From assembly GCF_035084215.1 (NCBI RefSeq), contig NC_090336.1, positions 29,388,001 to 29,452,000 of the forward strand: a stretch of 64,000 nt of DNA, read 5' to 3'. Position 1 is the stretch's first letter. Each line of letters begins with the position of its first letter. The position numbers and the translations under genes are program-made. The stretch comes from Heptranchias perlo. Lineage: Eukaryota. The notes below the pieces were generated by a model, which saw only the letters and a program-made list of their open reading frames with translations, was not told the DNA's origin and made no database searches. This document shows positions 47,901 through 60,409 of this stretch, in pieces.

Positions 47901-48275
47901 TGATCCCTCCACCGCCACCCCCCACCTTTTTAGTTTAAAGCCCTATCTGCCACCCTAGTTATTCGATTCACCAGGACACTGGTCCCAGCCCAGTTTAAGT
48001 GGAGCCCATCCCAATGGAACAGTTCCCTCTTTTCCCAGTACACCATGAATTGAAACTGTCTCCCACACCACTCAGCCACACATTTAACTCTGATCTGTTT
48101 GACCCGATGCCAATTTGCACATCGTTCAGGTAGTAATCCAGAGATTACTACCTTTGAGGTTCTGTTTATTAATTTGGATCCTAGCTCCTCAAACTCACTC
48201 AGCAGAACCTCATTCCTAGTTCTACCTATGTCGTTGGTTCCTACATGGACCACGACAACTGGATCCTCCTCCTTG
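44936..48275 (-). mobile_element. Old degraded CR1 (end of ORF1 plus ORF2)
   Basis: HVGTND...DGLHL...RALN*, then GDFN, FAD and VRPHLEY remnants. Confidence 0.85.
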
Positions 48276-48449
48276 ATGCTTCAAGACTTGGGCCTTGATC
48301 ACTCTTTCCTACTTATGCTCCTAGTAGCTTTTGGGGCTCGGGCCTCAGTCGTTGCTACTGGCCCATCCCCTTCCCTCCATCCCTGTCATGTTCTTTCCTC
48401 TTTGCCAGTTTCAAAGCACTGAGCCTAAAGACTGGCAATTTGTTTTTTT

Positions 48450-50778
48450 AGGAACATAGGAACAGGAGTAGGCCATTCAGCCCCTTGTGCCTGCTCCGCC
48501 ATTTGATAAGATCATGGTTGATCTGTGATCTAACTCCATATACCTGCCTTTGGCCCATATCCCGTAATACCTTTGTTGCCAAAAAGCTATCGATCTCAGA
48601 TTTAAATTTAGCAATGAGCTAGTATCAATTGCTGTTTGTGGAATAGAGTTCCAAACTTCTACAACCCTTTGTGTAGAAACGTTTCTAATCTCACTCCTGA
48701 AAGGTCTGGCTCTAATATTTAGATTGTGCCCCCTACTCCTAGAATCCCCAACCAGTGGAAATAGTTTCTCTCTATCCACCCTATCTGTTCCCCTTAATAT
48801 TTTATAAACTTCGATCAGATCACCCCTTAACCTTCGAAACTCTAGTGAATACAACCCCAATTTGTGTAATCTCTCCTCGTAACTTAACCCTTCAAGTCCG
48901 GGTATCATTCTAGTAAACCTACGCTGCACTCCCTCCAAGGCCAATATGTCCTTCTGAAGGTGCGGTGCCCAGAACTGCTCACAGTACTCCAGGTGCGGTC
49001 TAACCAGGGTTTTGTATGGCTGCAGCATAACTTCTGCCCCCTTGTACTCTAGTCCTCTACATATAAAGGCCAACATTCCATTTGCCTTCTTGATTATTTT
49101 CTGCACCTGTTAATGACACTTCAATGATCTATGTACCTGAACCCCTAAGTCCCTTTGGACATCCACTGTTTTTAACTTTTTACCATTTAGAAAGCACCCT
49201 GTTCTATCCTTTTTTGATCCAAAGTGGATGACCTCACATTTGTCTACATTGAATTCCATTTGCCACAGTTTTGCCCATTCACCTAATCTATCAATATCAC
49301 TTTGTAATTTTATGTTTCCATCTCCACTGCTTACAATGCCACCAATCTGTGTCATCGGCAAACTTAAATATGAGACTTTCTATGCCTTCATCTAAGTCGT
49401 TAATAAATATTGTGAATAATTGAGGCCCCAAGACAGATCCCTGCGGGACTCCACTAGTCACATCCTGCCAATGTGAGTACCTACCCATTATCCCTACTCT
49501 CTGTCGCCTTTCGCTTAGCCAACTTCCTAACCAAGTCCGTACTTTTCCCCTCGATTCCATGGGCTTCTATCTTAGCTAACAGTCTCTTATGTGGGACCTT
49601 ATCAAATGCCTTCTGGAAGTCCATATAAATAACATCCATTGACATTCCACTTACCACTACTTTAGTCACCTCTTCAAAAAATTCAATCAGGTTTGTCAGG
49701 CACGACCTACCTTTCACAAATCCATGCTGGCTCTCTCTGATTAACTGAAAATTCTCGAGGTGTTCAGTCACCCTATCCTTAATTACAGACTCCAGCATTT
49801 TCCCCACAACAGATGTTAGGCTAACTGGTCTATAATTCCCCAATTTCCCTCTCTCTCCTTTCTTAAAAAGAAGAGTGACATGTGCAATTTTCCAATCTAG
49901 AGGGACAGTTCCTGAATCTGGAGAACTTTGAAAGATTATAGTTAGGGCATCCGCAATGTGCTCACCTACTTCCTTTAAAACTCTGGGATGGAAACCATCT
50001 GGTCCTGGGGATTTGTCACTCTTTAGTGCTATTATTTTCTTCATTACTGTTGTTTTACTTATGTTGATTTTAATAGAGTCCCTGTCCCCGATTCAATATT
50101 AGTTTTCTTGGCATTTCCAGCATGCTATCCTCTTTTTCGACTGTAAATACTGACGCAAAGTAATCTTTCAATATGTCCACCATTTCCCCATTGTCAATGA
50201 CAATATCCCCACTTTCAGTTTTTAAGGGGCCAACACTGCTCCTGACCACCCTCTTTTCCCTAATATAACTATAAAAGTTCTTTGTATTGGTTTTGATATC
50301 CCTTGTGAGTTTCTTTTCATACTCTCTTTTTGTAGCTCTTACTATCTGTTTTGTGACTCTTTGTTGATATTTGTATCTTTCCCATTTGCCAGGATCTGTG
50401 CCATTTTTTGCCTTTTTGTATGCCCTTTCCTTATGTCTTAAACTGTCCCTTACCTCTTTAGTTGTCCATGGCTGTTTTTTTTGGCAAGTAGAGTTCTTGC
50501 CCCTCAGGGGTATAAACCGATTCTGTATCACGTTAAATGTTTCTTTAAACATTTCCCACTGATCATCAGTCGTTTTACCCATTAACAGATTTGCCCAGTT
50601 TACTGTGGACAGTCTCTGTCTCATCCCATTGAAGTCGGCCTTGCCCAAGTCTAGAATCTTAGCAGCTGATTCACTTTTTTCCCTTTCAAACATTACATTG
50701 AACTCGATCATGTTATGATCACTATTGGATAGATGTTCACGCACAGTTAAGCCGTTAACTAAATCTGGTTCATTACTT
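48450..50778 (-). mobile_element. 5'-truncated CR1 ORF2
   Basis: SDHN through the RT C-terminus in ORFs 50070..50744, 49481..50044 and 48477..49106. Confidence 0.92.
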
Positions 50779-51230
50779 ACGGCACAATAAGTGCTTGAAA
50801 ATACTAAGTGCTGGTTTCCTAGCTTAGTCCTGTAAAATTGATTTTAGGTTTTGGTTGGTGATAGGTGGAAAAGGTGTTGAGGAAGAAAGGGATGGTAGGG
50901 GGAGAGATAGAGTATAGGCCATGAAGAATGGAAGGGGATAGGAGTGAGTAAGAGGGGAGGCAATAGGATGTTTAGGTGGGAGCAGCTTTTATACTGGTTA
51001 AGGGGCTAGTGGGAAGGGAAAAGGGAAGCAGATGATGGGTGTGAAATGGGTGGTGGGAAGGGGAAGAGGCAACAGAGGTGATGGAAGCAAGGAGTGGGAG
51101 GTAACATAAAGGTATCAGGAAAGGAGAGACAGCAGAATGGGAAGGGGAAGCAAAAGGGGAGGTGATGGAAGCAATGAAATGGAGAGAACAGGTAGGGGAG
51201 GCAGTGAGATTGTGGGAATGGGAGAAAGCA

Positions 51231-51770
51231 TGAGGGACAGGGAAGGAGGAGGTGATAGGAAGTTGAAAGAGGGACAACGACAGGGGAGCAGAATATAAAG
51301 GGGGTGGCAGAAATGGGAAGGGATGGGAGAAGGTGGGGTGTGGACCTAGGGGACGAGTCTAGGGGGAAAGGGGAATAGCTTTTTGGTACTGCCAGATCCT
51401 TCCCCCAATTAAGGGACTGTGGAGAAAAAACTCCCAAACCAGGAGTATTCTCAAGCCTAGGCTAGGTTCTGCTCATTGGCTGATGTAAGGTCCACCTGGA
51501 ATCTTGGCCTCACCTTCTGAAGACTTCAGCCTGCCTTGCTGCACAATCAGCTTTACTAACTGGGACTGGGACTGGGGCCGTGGCCAGTGCTTGAGCTGGC
51601 TTAACAAGTGACTAGTCAAATCCCCTTTCCCCCTAGATTAGTCCCCTAGGTCCACACCCCACCATCTCCCATCCCTTCCCATTCCTGCCACCCCCTTTAT
51701 ATTCTGCTCCCCTGTTGTTGTCCCTCTTTCAACTTCCTATCACCTCCTCCTCCTCCTCCCCTGTCCCCAC
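51231..51770. repeat. ~145-bp inverted repeat with ~245-bp spacer
   Basis: 51231-51375 is the reverse complement of 51620-51770, with few mismatches. Confidence 0.85.
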
Positions 51771-51836
51771 TTTCTTATCAGAGCAAATTTATAACATACA
51801 GTTCAAGAACTATAATTGGAACTTCTTTGATCTTAC

Positions 51837-51903
51837 AACATGTGAAGCTAGCAATGACACATTAAAAGCTTCCTTCAGGTCTCCAGGACGTGTAGGATTT
51901 AAC
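51837..51903 (-). pseudogene. Dioxygenase exon 3
   Basis: cag|(R)LNPTRPGDLKEAFNVSLLASHV|gtaaga, phase 2-0. Confidence 0.85.
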
Positions 51904-52852
51904 CTGTGAAGAACAAACATTTATTTTTATATTATACAAAGATAATGCCAAATTTTTACTCCTAAGTTAACATCTGATTAATTAGCTTGATTAGATCATA
52001 AGTTGTGGAAAAGGAAGAAGTCATCTGGCCTACCAAGCCGGCTTCTTCAACAGATCATATACAATCTACCTTACCATGAAATCAACCCTACCCAGGGAAT
52101 CCCCCCCCCCAGCAGAAATTCTTCTTTGATATTAATCAGGCAAAATTCCACAATACATATCTACCAGCATCACAGAATCCTACCATCTCATAACCTTCTT
52201 CATACAAAGAATGATAGTCCTTGACCAATTCATACTTCATCCCACATTTCTTTTATTTCACACCACACAAAGTCACACTACAGTACCTTTGACAACACCT
52301 AGTACATTTTCCCAATACACCATACCTTTGGCAACACCCAGTGCACTTTCCCAGTCCCAGGCTTTCAGCTGTCTTGCAACTGTCTTTCAGGGCAGGGTAG
52401 GGCTGCTTGGCTGCTTTCCCTTTGGGCTGTGTTCAGGGGGCTTTGTCTCCTCAGCAACAGCAGCAACCCTATTTCTCTCGTGCCTCACTCTTTGAACTCT
52501 CACCTGACTGGGGAAGGTCTCCACCCACTCCAGCCTTAATTACTTCTTAAAGGTGAGGTCTCTTAAAAAGGCTATACCCCTCCTCTTGAAGAGGAGGTTT
52601 CTAAAAGAACCATATCCTTACTCGGTGGTCAGGACCCTCAGTTACTCTGCTATACCAGGTATTGTCACTACTAAGTGTTAGAAAGACTTAACATAAGCAG
52701 TTCTAGACTAGTCTGTCTAAGAGAATGAGGCCATGATCAAATATTAATTCATGATCTTAAGCTACTTTGGTTTATTAATAAAATATTGTTCTACCAAAAC
52801 CTCACTAACACGATGCTAAAATAATTTTCAGGGATCCAGCATAGTGTGACAT

Positions 52853-53462
52853 CATAGAATAATACAGCACAAAAGGAGGCCATTCAGCCCATTGTGCCTG
52901 TGCCGACTCTTTGAAAGAGCTATCCAATTAGTCCCATTCCCCTGCTCTTTCCCCATAGCCCTGTAGATTTTTCCCCTTCAAGTATTTTTCCAATTTCCTT
53001 TTGAAAGTTATTGTTGAATCTGCTTCCACCACCCTTTCCAGCAGTACATTCCAGATCATCACAACACTGCGTAAAAAAAAGTTCTCCTCATCTCCCCTCT
53101 GCTTCTTTTGCCAATTACCTTAAATCTGTGTCCTCTGGTTACCGACCCTCCTGCCAGTGGAAACAGTTTCTTCCTATTTACTCTATCAAAACCCCTCATA
53201 ATTTTGAACATCTATTAAATCTCCCCTTAATTTTCTCTGCTCTAGGGAGAACAACCCCAGCTTCTCCAATCTCTCCACATCACTAAAGTCCCTCATTTCT
53301 GGTACCATTCCTGTAAATCTCTTCTGCACCCTCTCCAAGACCTTGACACCCTTTCTAAATTGTGGTGCCCAGAATTGGACACAATACTTCAGTTGAGGCC
53401 TAACCAGTGATTTATAAAGGTTTACCATAACTTCCCCGCTTTTGTACTCTATGCCTCTATTT
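52853..53462 (-). mobile_element. CR1 3' fragment
   Basis: LVRPQLKYCVQFWAP...LGLFSLE. Confidence 0.85.
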
Positions 53463-53536
53463 CTGTTCTCTGGACATGTACTCAGGATTGTATTAGCTAT
53501 GGGTTCTGCTGAAGGAAGTTCTTTAGGTTTTCCTAT

Positions 53537-53661
53537 CTTTCTGTCTCTGCTGCAATCCACCCATGATTTCGAGCTTCAGGTTCCATTGAACGGGCATATT
53601 GTTGTTTGATGTCACTTGGAAGTAGGAAGAATTTCTTGCAGATGTCCATCACTTTAATTAC
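53537..53661 (-). pseudogene. Dioxygenase exon 2
   Basis: VIKVMDICKKFFLLPSDIKQQYARSMEPEARNHGWIAAETE(R). Acceptor reads CG and donor reads AT. Confidence 0.85.
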
Positions 53662-54193
53662 CGAAGGAGCAATTAAGTTTTAAAGATGATAAAATGTGTT
53701 TTGCATCTTTGATATAGTAACATTGGGGTCTCACTGGTTTTAAATATCAGCATTTTCACTTTGAAAAACTGACAGAACTGGTTCTTCTGGTTTCTTTCTG
53801 TTCTGTGTTTTTTTCTGCCTTGTTATCCCTAATTTATTTTGACAGACTACGTAAATCACTCTGGAGTAGGAGTGAAGTGAAAAGGAGTGTGTATGAGTGT
53901 GCAGACATGTGCAGTTGATCCTTCTTTATGATGCTCAGCACAGGATCCTGATGGGGGCGGAGAAACAAAAATAATTTGGAATGTACCGTACTGTGAGGAT
54001 ATTGGGTACCAGTTAGGAACACACAGTCAAGAACACTGGGGTAATAACAAGGAGTGTGAAGACATTGGAATGGGCTGGGAACTTATGCAATACCCTCAGA
54101 AGATGATGGAAAGGGTCCCTGCTAAGAAGTAATTACATCGAGGTGGTGGGACTATCTATATGAGGACCTGAACAGAAGAGAGACATCAAATCA

Positions 54194-55528
54194 GACCAGC
54201 GCGGCGGCGGACCTGATCGGGAGCAGAGGAGAGAGACCGAGAGCGGGGATAAAAGAGCGGCGGACCGAGGCCCGAGACCAGAGCGGCGGCGGACCTGATC
54301 GGGAGCAGAGGAGAGAGACCGAGAGCGGGGATAAAAGAGCGGCGGACCGAGGCCCGAGACCAGAGCGGCGGCGGACCTGATCGGGATCAGAGGAGAGAGA
54401 CCGAGAGCGGGGATAAAAGAGCGGCGGACCGAAGCCCGAGACCAGAGCGGCGGCGGACCTGATCGGGAGCAGAGGAGAGAGACCGAGAGCGGGGATAAAA
54501 GAGCGGCGGCCCGAGGCCCGAGACCAGAGCGGCGGCGGACCTGATCGGGATCAGAGGAGAGAGACCGAGAGCGGGGATAAAAGAGCGGCGGCCCCAGCCC
54601 CGAGACCAGAGCGGCGGCGGACCTGATCGGGAGCAGAGGAGAGAGACCGAGAGCGGGGATAAAAGAGCGGCGGCCCGAGACCAGAGCGGCGGCGGACCTG
54701 ATCGGGAGCAGAGGAGAGAGACCGAGAGTGGGGATAAAAGAGCGGCGGACCGAGGCCCGAGACCAGAGCGGCGGCGGACCTGATCGGGATCAGAGGAGAG
54801 AGACCGAGAGTGGGGATAAAAGAGCGGCGGACCGAGGCCCGAGACCAGAGCGGCGGCGGACCTGATCGGGAGCAGAGGAGAGAGACCGAGAGCGGGGATA
54901 AAAGAGCGGCGGACCGAGGCCCGAGGCCCGAGAGGTGGCGGACCTGATCGGGATCAGAGGAGAGAGACCGAGAGCGGGGATAAAAGAGCGGCGGACCGAG
55001 GCCCGAGACCAGAGCGGCGGCGGACCTGATAGGGAGCAGAGGAGAGAGACCGAGAGCGGGGATAAAAGAGCGGCGGCCCGAGGCCCGAGACCAGAGAGGC
55101 GGCGGACCTGATCGGGATCAGAGGAGAGAGACCGAGAGCGGGGATAAAAGAGCGGCGGACCGAGGCCCGAGGCCCGAGAGGCGGCGGACCTGATCGGGAT
55201 CAGAGGAGAGAGACCGAGAGCGGGGATAAAAGAGCGGCGGCCCGAGGCCCGAGGCCTGAGAGGTGGCGGACCTGATCGGGATCAGAGGAGAGAGACCGAG
55301 AGTGGGGATAAAAGAGCGGCGGACCGAGGCCCGAGGCCAGAGAGGTGGCGGACCTGAGCGGGAGCAGGGAGAGAGACCGAGAGTGGGGATAAAAGAGCGG
55401 CGGACCGAGGCCCGAGACCAGAGCGGCGGCGGACCTGAGCGGGATCAGAGGAGAGAGACCGAGAGCGGGGATAAAAGAGCGGCGGACCGAGGCCCGAGAC
55501 CAGAGAGGTGGCGGACCTGAGCGGGATC
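54194..55528 (+). repeat. CpG-rich ~82-bp tandem array (~16 units) forming the CR1-B 5' end
   Basis: Unit AGACCAGAGCGGCGGCGGACCTGATCGGGAGCAGAGGAGAGAGACCGAGAGCGGGGATAAAAGAGCGGCGGACCGAGGCCCG. Confidence 0.95.
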
Positions 55529-55777
55529 AAAAACAACAACAGAAAACCAAGGAGTGACGTCACAGGACAGCAGGTAAGTGATTGGTTGGTGCATATTACT
55601 GTTTTTTTTTCTTCTTCTTCTCTAAATTAGGGCATTAGTTTAAACTAAGAGCTGGGAAACTAAGCAGCTTTTATAGCAGGTAGTGTGTTTTTTTTTTAGT
55701 GAACCTTGGTCCCTGGTATAGTTAACATTTTCAAATTTCAACGTAATTTAAAAGGGGTAACTAAGCTAAGGCAAATC

Positions 55778-56728
55778 ATGGCAGCAGACCTCGCACCCGT
55801 GATATGCCCCTCCTGCAAGATGTGGGAAGTAATGGACACTACCAGTGTCCCTGCCGACCATGTGTGCAGGAAGTGTATCCACCTGCAGCTACTGACCGAT
55901 CATATCTCGGAGCTGGAGCTGCGGGTGGATTCACTGTGGAGCATCCGCGATGCAGAGAAACTCGTGGATAGCACGTTTAGCGAGTTGGTCACACCGCAGG
56001 TAAAGGCAGTACAGGCAGGAAGTGAATGGGTGACCACCAGGAAGAGTAAGAGGTGCAGGCAGGTAGTGCAGGGGTCCCCTGTGGCCATCCCCCTCTCAAA
56101 CAGGTATACGGTTTTGGATACTGTTGTGGGAGATGGCTCACCAGGGGAAGGTGGCAGCGGCCAGGTTCATGGCACCGTGGCTGGCTCTGCTGCACAGGAG
56201 GGCAGGAAAAAGAGTGGCAGAGCTATAGTGATAGGGGACTCGATTGTAAGGGGAATAGACAGGCGTTTCTGCGGACGCAACCGAGACTCCAGGATGGTAT
56301 GTTGCCTCCCTGGTGCAAGGGTCAGGGATGTCTCGGAGCGGCTGCAGAACATTCTGGAGGGGGAGGGTGAACAGCCAGTTGTCGTGGTGCATATAGGTAC
56401 CAACGATATAGGTAAAAAACGGGATGAGGTCCTACAAGCTGAATTTAGGGAGTTAGGAGTTAAACTAAAAAGTAGGACCTCAAAGATAGTAATCTCAGGA
56501 TTGCTACCAGTGCCACGGGCTAGTCAGAGTAGGAATGACAGGATAGCTAGGATGAATACGTGGCTTGAGAGATGGTGCAAGAGGGAGGGATTCAAATTCC
56601 TGGGACATTGGAACCGGTTCTGGGGGAGGTGGGACCAGTACAAATTGGACGGTCTGCATCTGGGCAAGACTGGAACCAATGTCCTAGGGGGAGTGTTTGC
56701 TAGTGCTGTTGGGGAGGGTTTAAACTAA
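55778..56728 (+). CDS. CR1 ORF1 (zinc finger plus SGNH esterase), intact
   Basis: ATG at 55778 (MAADLAPVICPSC...). GDS, GTND and DGLH motifs. Confidence 0.9.
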   Translation: MAADLAPVICPSCKMWEVMDTTSVPADHVCRKCIHLQLLTDHISELELRVDSLWSIRDAEKLVDSTFSELVTPQVKAVQAGSEWVTTRKSKRCRQVVQGSPVAIPLSNRYTVLDTVVGDGSPGEGGSGQVHGTVAGSAAQEGRKKSGRAIVIGDSIVRGIDRRFCGRNRDSRMVCCLPGARVRDVSERLQNILEGEGEQPVVVVHIGTNDIGKKRDEVLQAEFRELGVKLKSRTSKIVISGLLPVPRASQSRNDRIARMNTWLERWCKREGFKFLGHWNRFWGRWDQYKLDGLHLGKTGTNVLGGVFASAVGEGLN

Positions 56729-59677
56729 AGTGGCAGGGGGATGGGAATCGATGCAGGAAGTCAGTGGGAAATAAAGTGGTGACAGAAACAAAAGGCAGTA
56801 AGGGAGAGTGTACAAAACATGACCAGACAAATGGTCTGAGAAATCACGGCAAAGACCAAGGGAAGTCTAGATTAAACTGCATTTATTTCAATGCAAGACG
56901 TCTGATGGGCAAGGCAGATGAACTCAGGGCATGGATGGGTACATGGGACTGGGATGTTATAGCTATTACTGAAACATGGCTAAGGGAGGGGCAGGACTGG
57001 CAGCTAAATATTCCAGGGTACAGATGCTATAGGAAAGATAGAGCAGGAGGTAAGAGAGGAGGGGGAGTTGCGTTCTTGATTAGGGAGAACATCACGGCAG
57101 TAGTGAGAGAGGATATATCCGAGGGTTCGCCCACGGAGTCGATATGGGTAGAACTGAAAAATAAGAAGGGAGAGATCACTTTGATAGGATTGTACTACAG
57201 ACCCCCAAATAGTCAACGGGAAATTGAGGAGCAAATATGTAAGGAGATTACAGACAGCTGCAAGAAAAATAGGGTGGTAATAGTAGGGGACTTTAACTTT
57301 CCCAACATTTACTGGGACAGCCATAGCATTAGGGGCTTGGATGGAGAGAAATTTGTTGAGTGTATTCAGGAGGAATTTCTCATTCAGTATGTGGATGGCC
57401 CGACTAGAGAGGGGGCAAAACTTGACCTCCTCTTGGGAAATAAGGAAGGGCAGGTATCAGAAGTGTTAGTGAGGGATCACTTTGGGACCAGTGATCATAA
57501 TTCCATTAGTTTTAAGATAACTATGGAGAAGGATAGGTCTGGCCCAAAAGTTAAAATTCTAAATTGGGGAAAGGCCAATTTTGATGGTATTAGACAGGAA
57601 CTTTCAGAAGTTGATTGGGAGAGTCTGTTGGCAGGCAAAGGGACGTCTGGTAAGTGGGAGTCCTTCAAAAATGTGTTAATCAGGGTTCAGGGTAAGCACA
57701 TTCCTTATAAAGTAAAGGGCAAGGCTGGTAGAAGTAGGGAAACTTGGATGACTCGGGAGATTGAGGCCCTAGTCAAAAAGAAGAAGGAGGCATATGACAT
57801 GCATAGGCAGCTGGGATCAAGTGGATCCCTTGAAGAGTATAGAGATTGCCGGAGTAGAGTTAAGAGAGAAATCAGGAGGGCAAAAAGGGGACATGAGATT
57901 GCTTTGGCAGATAAGGCAAAGGTGAATCCCAAAGAGCTTCTACAAATACATAAAGGGCAAAAGAGTAACTAGGGAGAAAGTAGGGCCTCTGAAGGATCAA
58001 CAAGGTCATCTATGTGCGGAACCACAAGAGATGGGTGAGATCCTAAATGAATATTTCGCATCGGTATTTACGGTTGAGAAAGGCATGGATGTTAGGGAAC
58101 TTGGGGAAATAAATAGTGATGTCTTGAGGAGTGTACATATTACAGAGAGGGAGGTGCTGGAAGTCTTAACGCGCATCAAGGTAGATAAATCTCCGGGACC
58201 TGATGAAATGTATCCCAGGACGTTATGGGAGGTTAGGGAGGAAATTGCGGGTCCCCTAGCAGAGATATTTGAATCATCCACCGCTACAGGTGAGGTGCCT
58301 GAAGATTGGAGGGTAGCAAATGTTGTGCCTTTGTTTAAGAAGGGCGGCAGGGAAAAGCCTGGGAACTACAGACCGGTGAGCCTGACATCTGTAGTGGGTA
58401 AGTTGTTAGAGGGTATTCTGAGAGACAGGATCTACGGGCATTTGGAGAGGCAGGGACTGATCAGGAACAGTCAGCATGGTTTTGTGAGAGGAAAATCATG
58501 TCTCACGAATTTGATTGAATTTTTTGAAGGGGTAACCAAGAAGATAGATGAGGGCTGTGCAGTGGACGTGGTCTACATGGACTTTAGCAAAGCCTTTGAC
58601 AAGGTACCGCATGGTAGGTTGTTACATAAGGTTAAATCTCACGGGATCCAAGGTGAGGTAGCCAATTGGATACAACATTGGCTTGACGACAGAAGACAGA
58701 GGGTGGGTGTAGAGGGTTGTTTTTCAAATTGGAGGCCTGTGACCAGCGGTGTGCCTCAGGGATCGGTGCTGGGTCCGCTGTTATTTGTTATTTATATTAA
58801 TAATTTGGATGAGAATTTAGGAGGCATGGTTAGTAAGTTTGCAGATGACACCAAGATTGGTGGCATCGTGGACAGTGAAGAAGGTTATCTAGGATTGCAA
58901 CGGGATCTTGATAAATCGGGCCAGTGGGCCGATGAATGGCAGATGTAGTTTAATTTAGATAAATGTGAGGTGATGCATTTTGGGAGATCGAATCGGGCCA
59001 GGACCTACTCCGTTAATGGTAGGGTGTTGGGGAGAGTTATAGAACAAAGAGATCTAGGAGTACAGGTTCATAGCTCCTTGAAAGTGGAGTCACAGGTGGA
59101 TAGGGTGGTGAAGAAGGCATTCAGCTTGCTTGGTTTCATTGGTCAGAACATTGAATACAGGAGTTGGGATGTCTTGTTGAAGTTGTACAAGACATTAGTT
59201 AGGCCACACTTGGAATACTGTGTACAGTTCTGGTCACCCTATTATAGAAAGGATATTATTAAACTAGAAAGAGTGCAGAAAAGATTTACTAGGATGCTGC
59301 CGGGACTTGATGGTTTGACTTATAGGGAGAGGTTAGATAGACTGGGACTTTTTTCCCTGGAGAGTAGGAGGTTGAGGGGTGATCTTATAGAAGTCTATAA
59401 AATAATGAGGGGCATAGTTAAGGTAGATAGTCAAAATCTTTTCCCAAAGGTAGGGGAGTCTATAACGAGGGGACATAGATTTAAGGTGAGAGGGGAGAGA
59501 TACAAAAGGGTCCAGAGGGGCAATTTTTTCACTCAAAGGGTGGTGAGTGTCTGGAACGAGCTGCCAGAGGCAGTAGTAGAGGCGGGTACAATTTTGTCTT
59601 TTAAAAAGCATTTGGACAGTTACATGGGTAAGATGGGTATCGAGGGATATGAGCCAAGTGCAGGCAATTGGGACTAG
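56719..59677 (+). pseudogene. CR1 ORF2 with a 1-bp frameshift near 57929 and an in-frame TAG at 58946-58948
   Basis: Near-identical to copy A ORF2, with an extra C in GAATCCC. Confidence 0.92.
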
Positions 59678-60171
59678 CTTAGTGGTATAAACTGGGCGAC
59701 ATGGACATGTTGGGCCGAAGGGCCTGTTTCCATGTTGTAAACTTCTATGATTCTATGATTCTAAATCACAATGGAGATGTCCTGTGGCATGTATGGCAGT
59801 CTGGTTACTGACTGAACGATTTACAACATCAAACAAGATTATCTTCATATAAAGGTCTTTAATGGAAAATACAGAACAAGTATATATTCAAATATTAGAG
59901 GTGTGCTGTCAGGATTCAGGTGACTCTTATAATTGCTTTTACATTGTTCCTTCAGTTGATGATATTATCAAACCTCTCAGATGTTAACTGCTTTATAACA
60001 CAGACCCAGTCATGGATTACTGCTGAACAATTGAGCTGAATCAACCTTTACATTGATATTGTTATTACATAAAAGAACAAAACTACATATGTTACTTCAC
60101 ATAGCTTGCATTGGCATACAGTTAAGGAGCGATGTAAGTAGATATAATGAGACAATAAAATGGATACACAC

Positions 60172-60325
60172 GTTTTGTTCTTCGATCCCAGTGTTTTTGA
60201 GGTACACAAACCCAAGGTCACTGAGCGCCCTTGTGGTCTCTGTAGATAATTGTTCCATTTCATTGGCTGAGGGCTCAGCTTTCCCTTAAGCCAAATGACC
60301 CAAAGTCAACCACTGCAATGCTCAA
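60172..60325 (-). pseudogene. Dioxygenase coding exon 1
   Basis: (TTG)SIAVVDFGSFGL[frameshift]GKAEPSANEMEQLSTETTRALSDLGFVYLKNTGIEEQN|gtgtgt. TTG sits where ATG is expected. Confidence 0.82.
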
Positions 60326-60409
60326 TTTCTTCCAAGGATTCTGGTTTCTTAACAGCTTTCAGTAAATAAAAGTAGAACCAAATGATTTAAATAGAAATGC
60401 AGAAAATTC

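Larger units (their letters stand above)
54194..59762 (+). mobile_element. Full-length CR1 LINE (copy B)
   Basis: 5' array, ORF1, ORF2 and (ATTCTATG)n tail. TSD AAATCA at 54188-54193 and 59763-59768. Confidence 0.95.
33882..60325 (-). pseudogene. IPNS-family 2-oxoglutarate/Fe(II) dioxygenase pseudogene (DIOX_N plus 2OG-FeII_Oxy); six exons found, final exon not found
   Basis: Colinear, largely phase-compatible exons at 60172-60325, 53537-53661, 51837-51903, 40553-40693, 35392-35535 and 33882-34503. Motifs VVDF, GFVYLKN, FFLLP, HGW, DLKEAF, LYYPP, HSD, NIADLLQRWT. Multiple disabling lesions. Confidence 0.88.
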
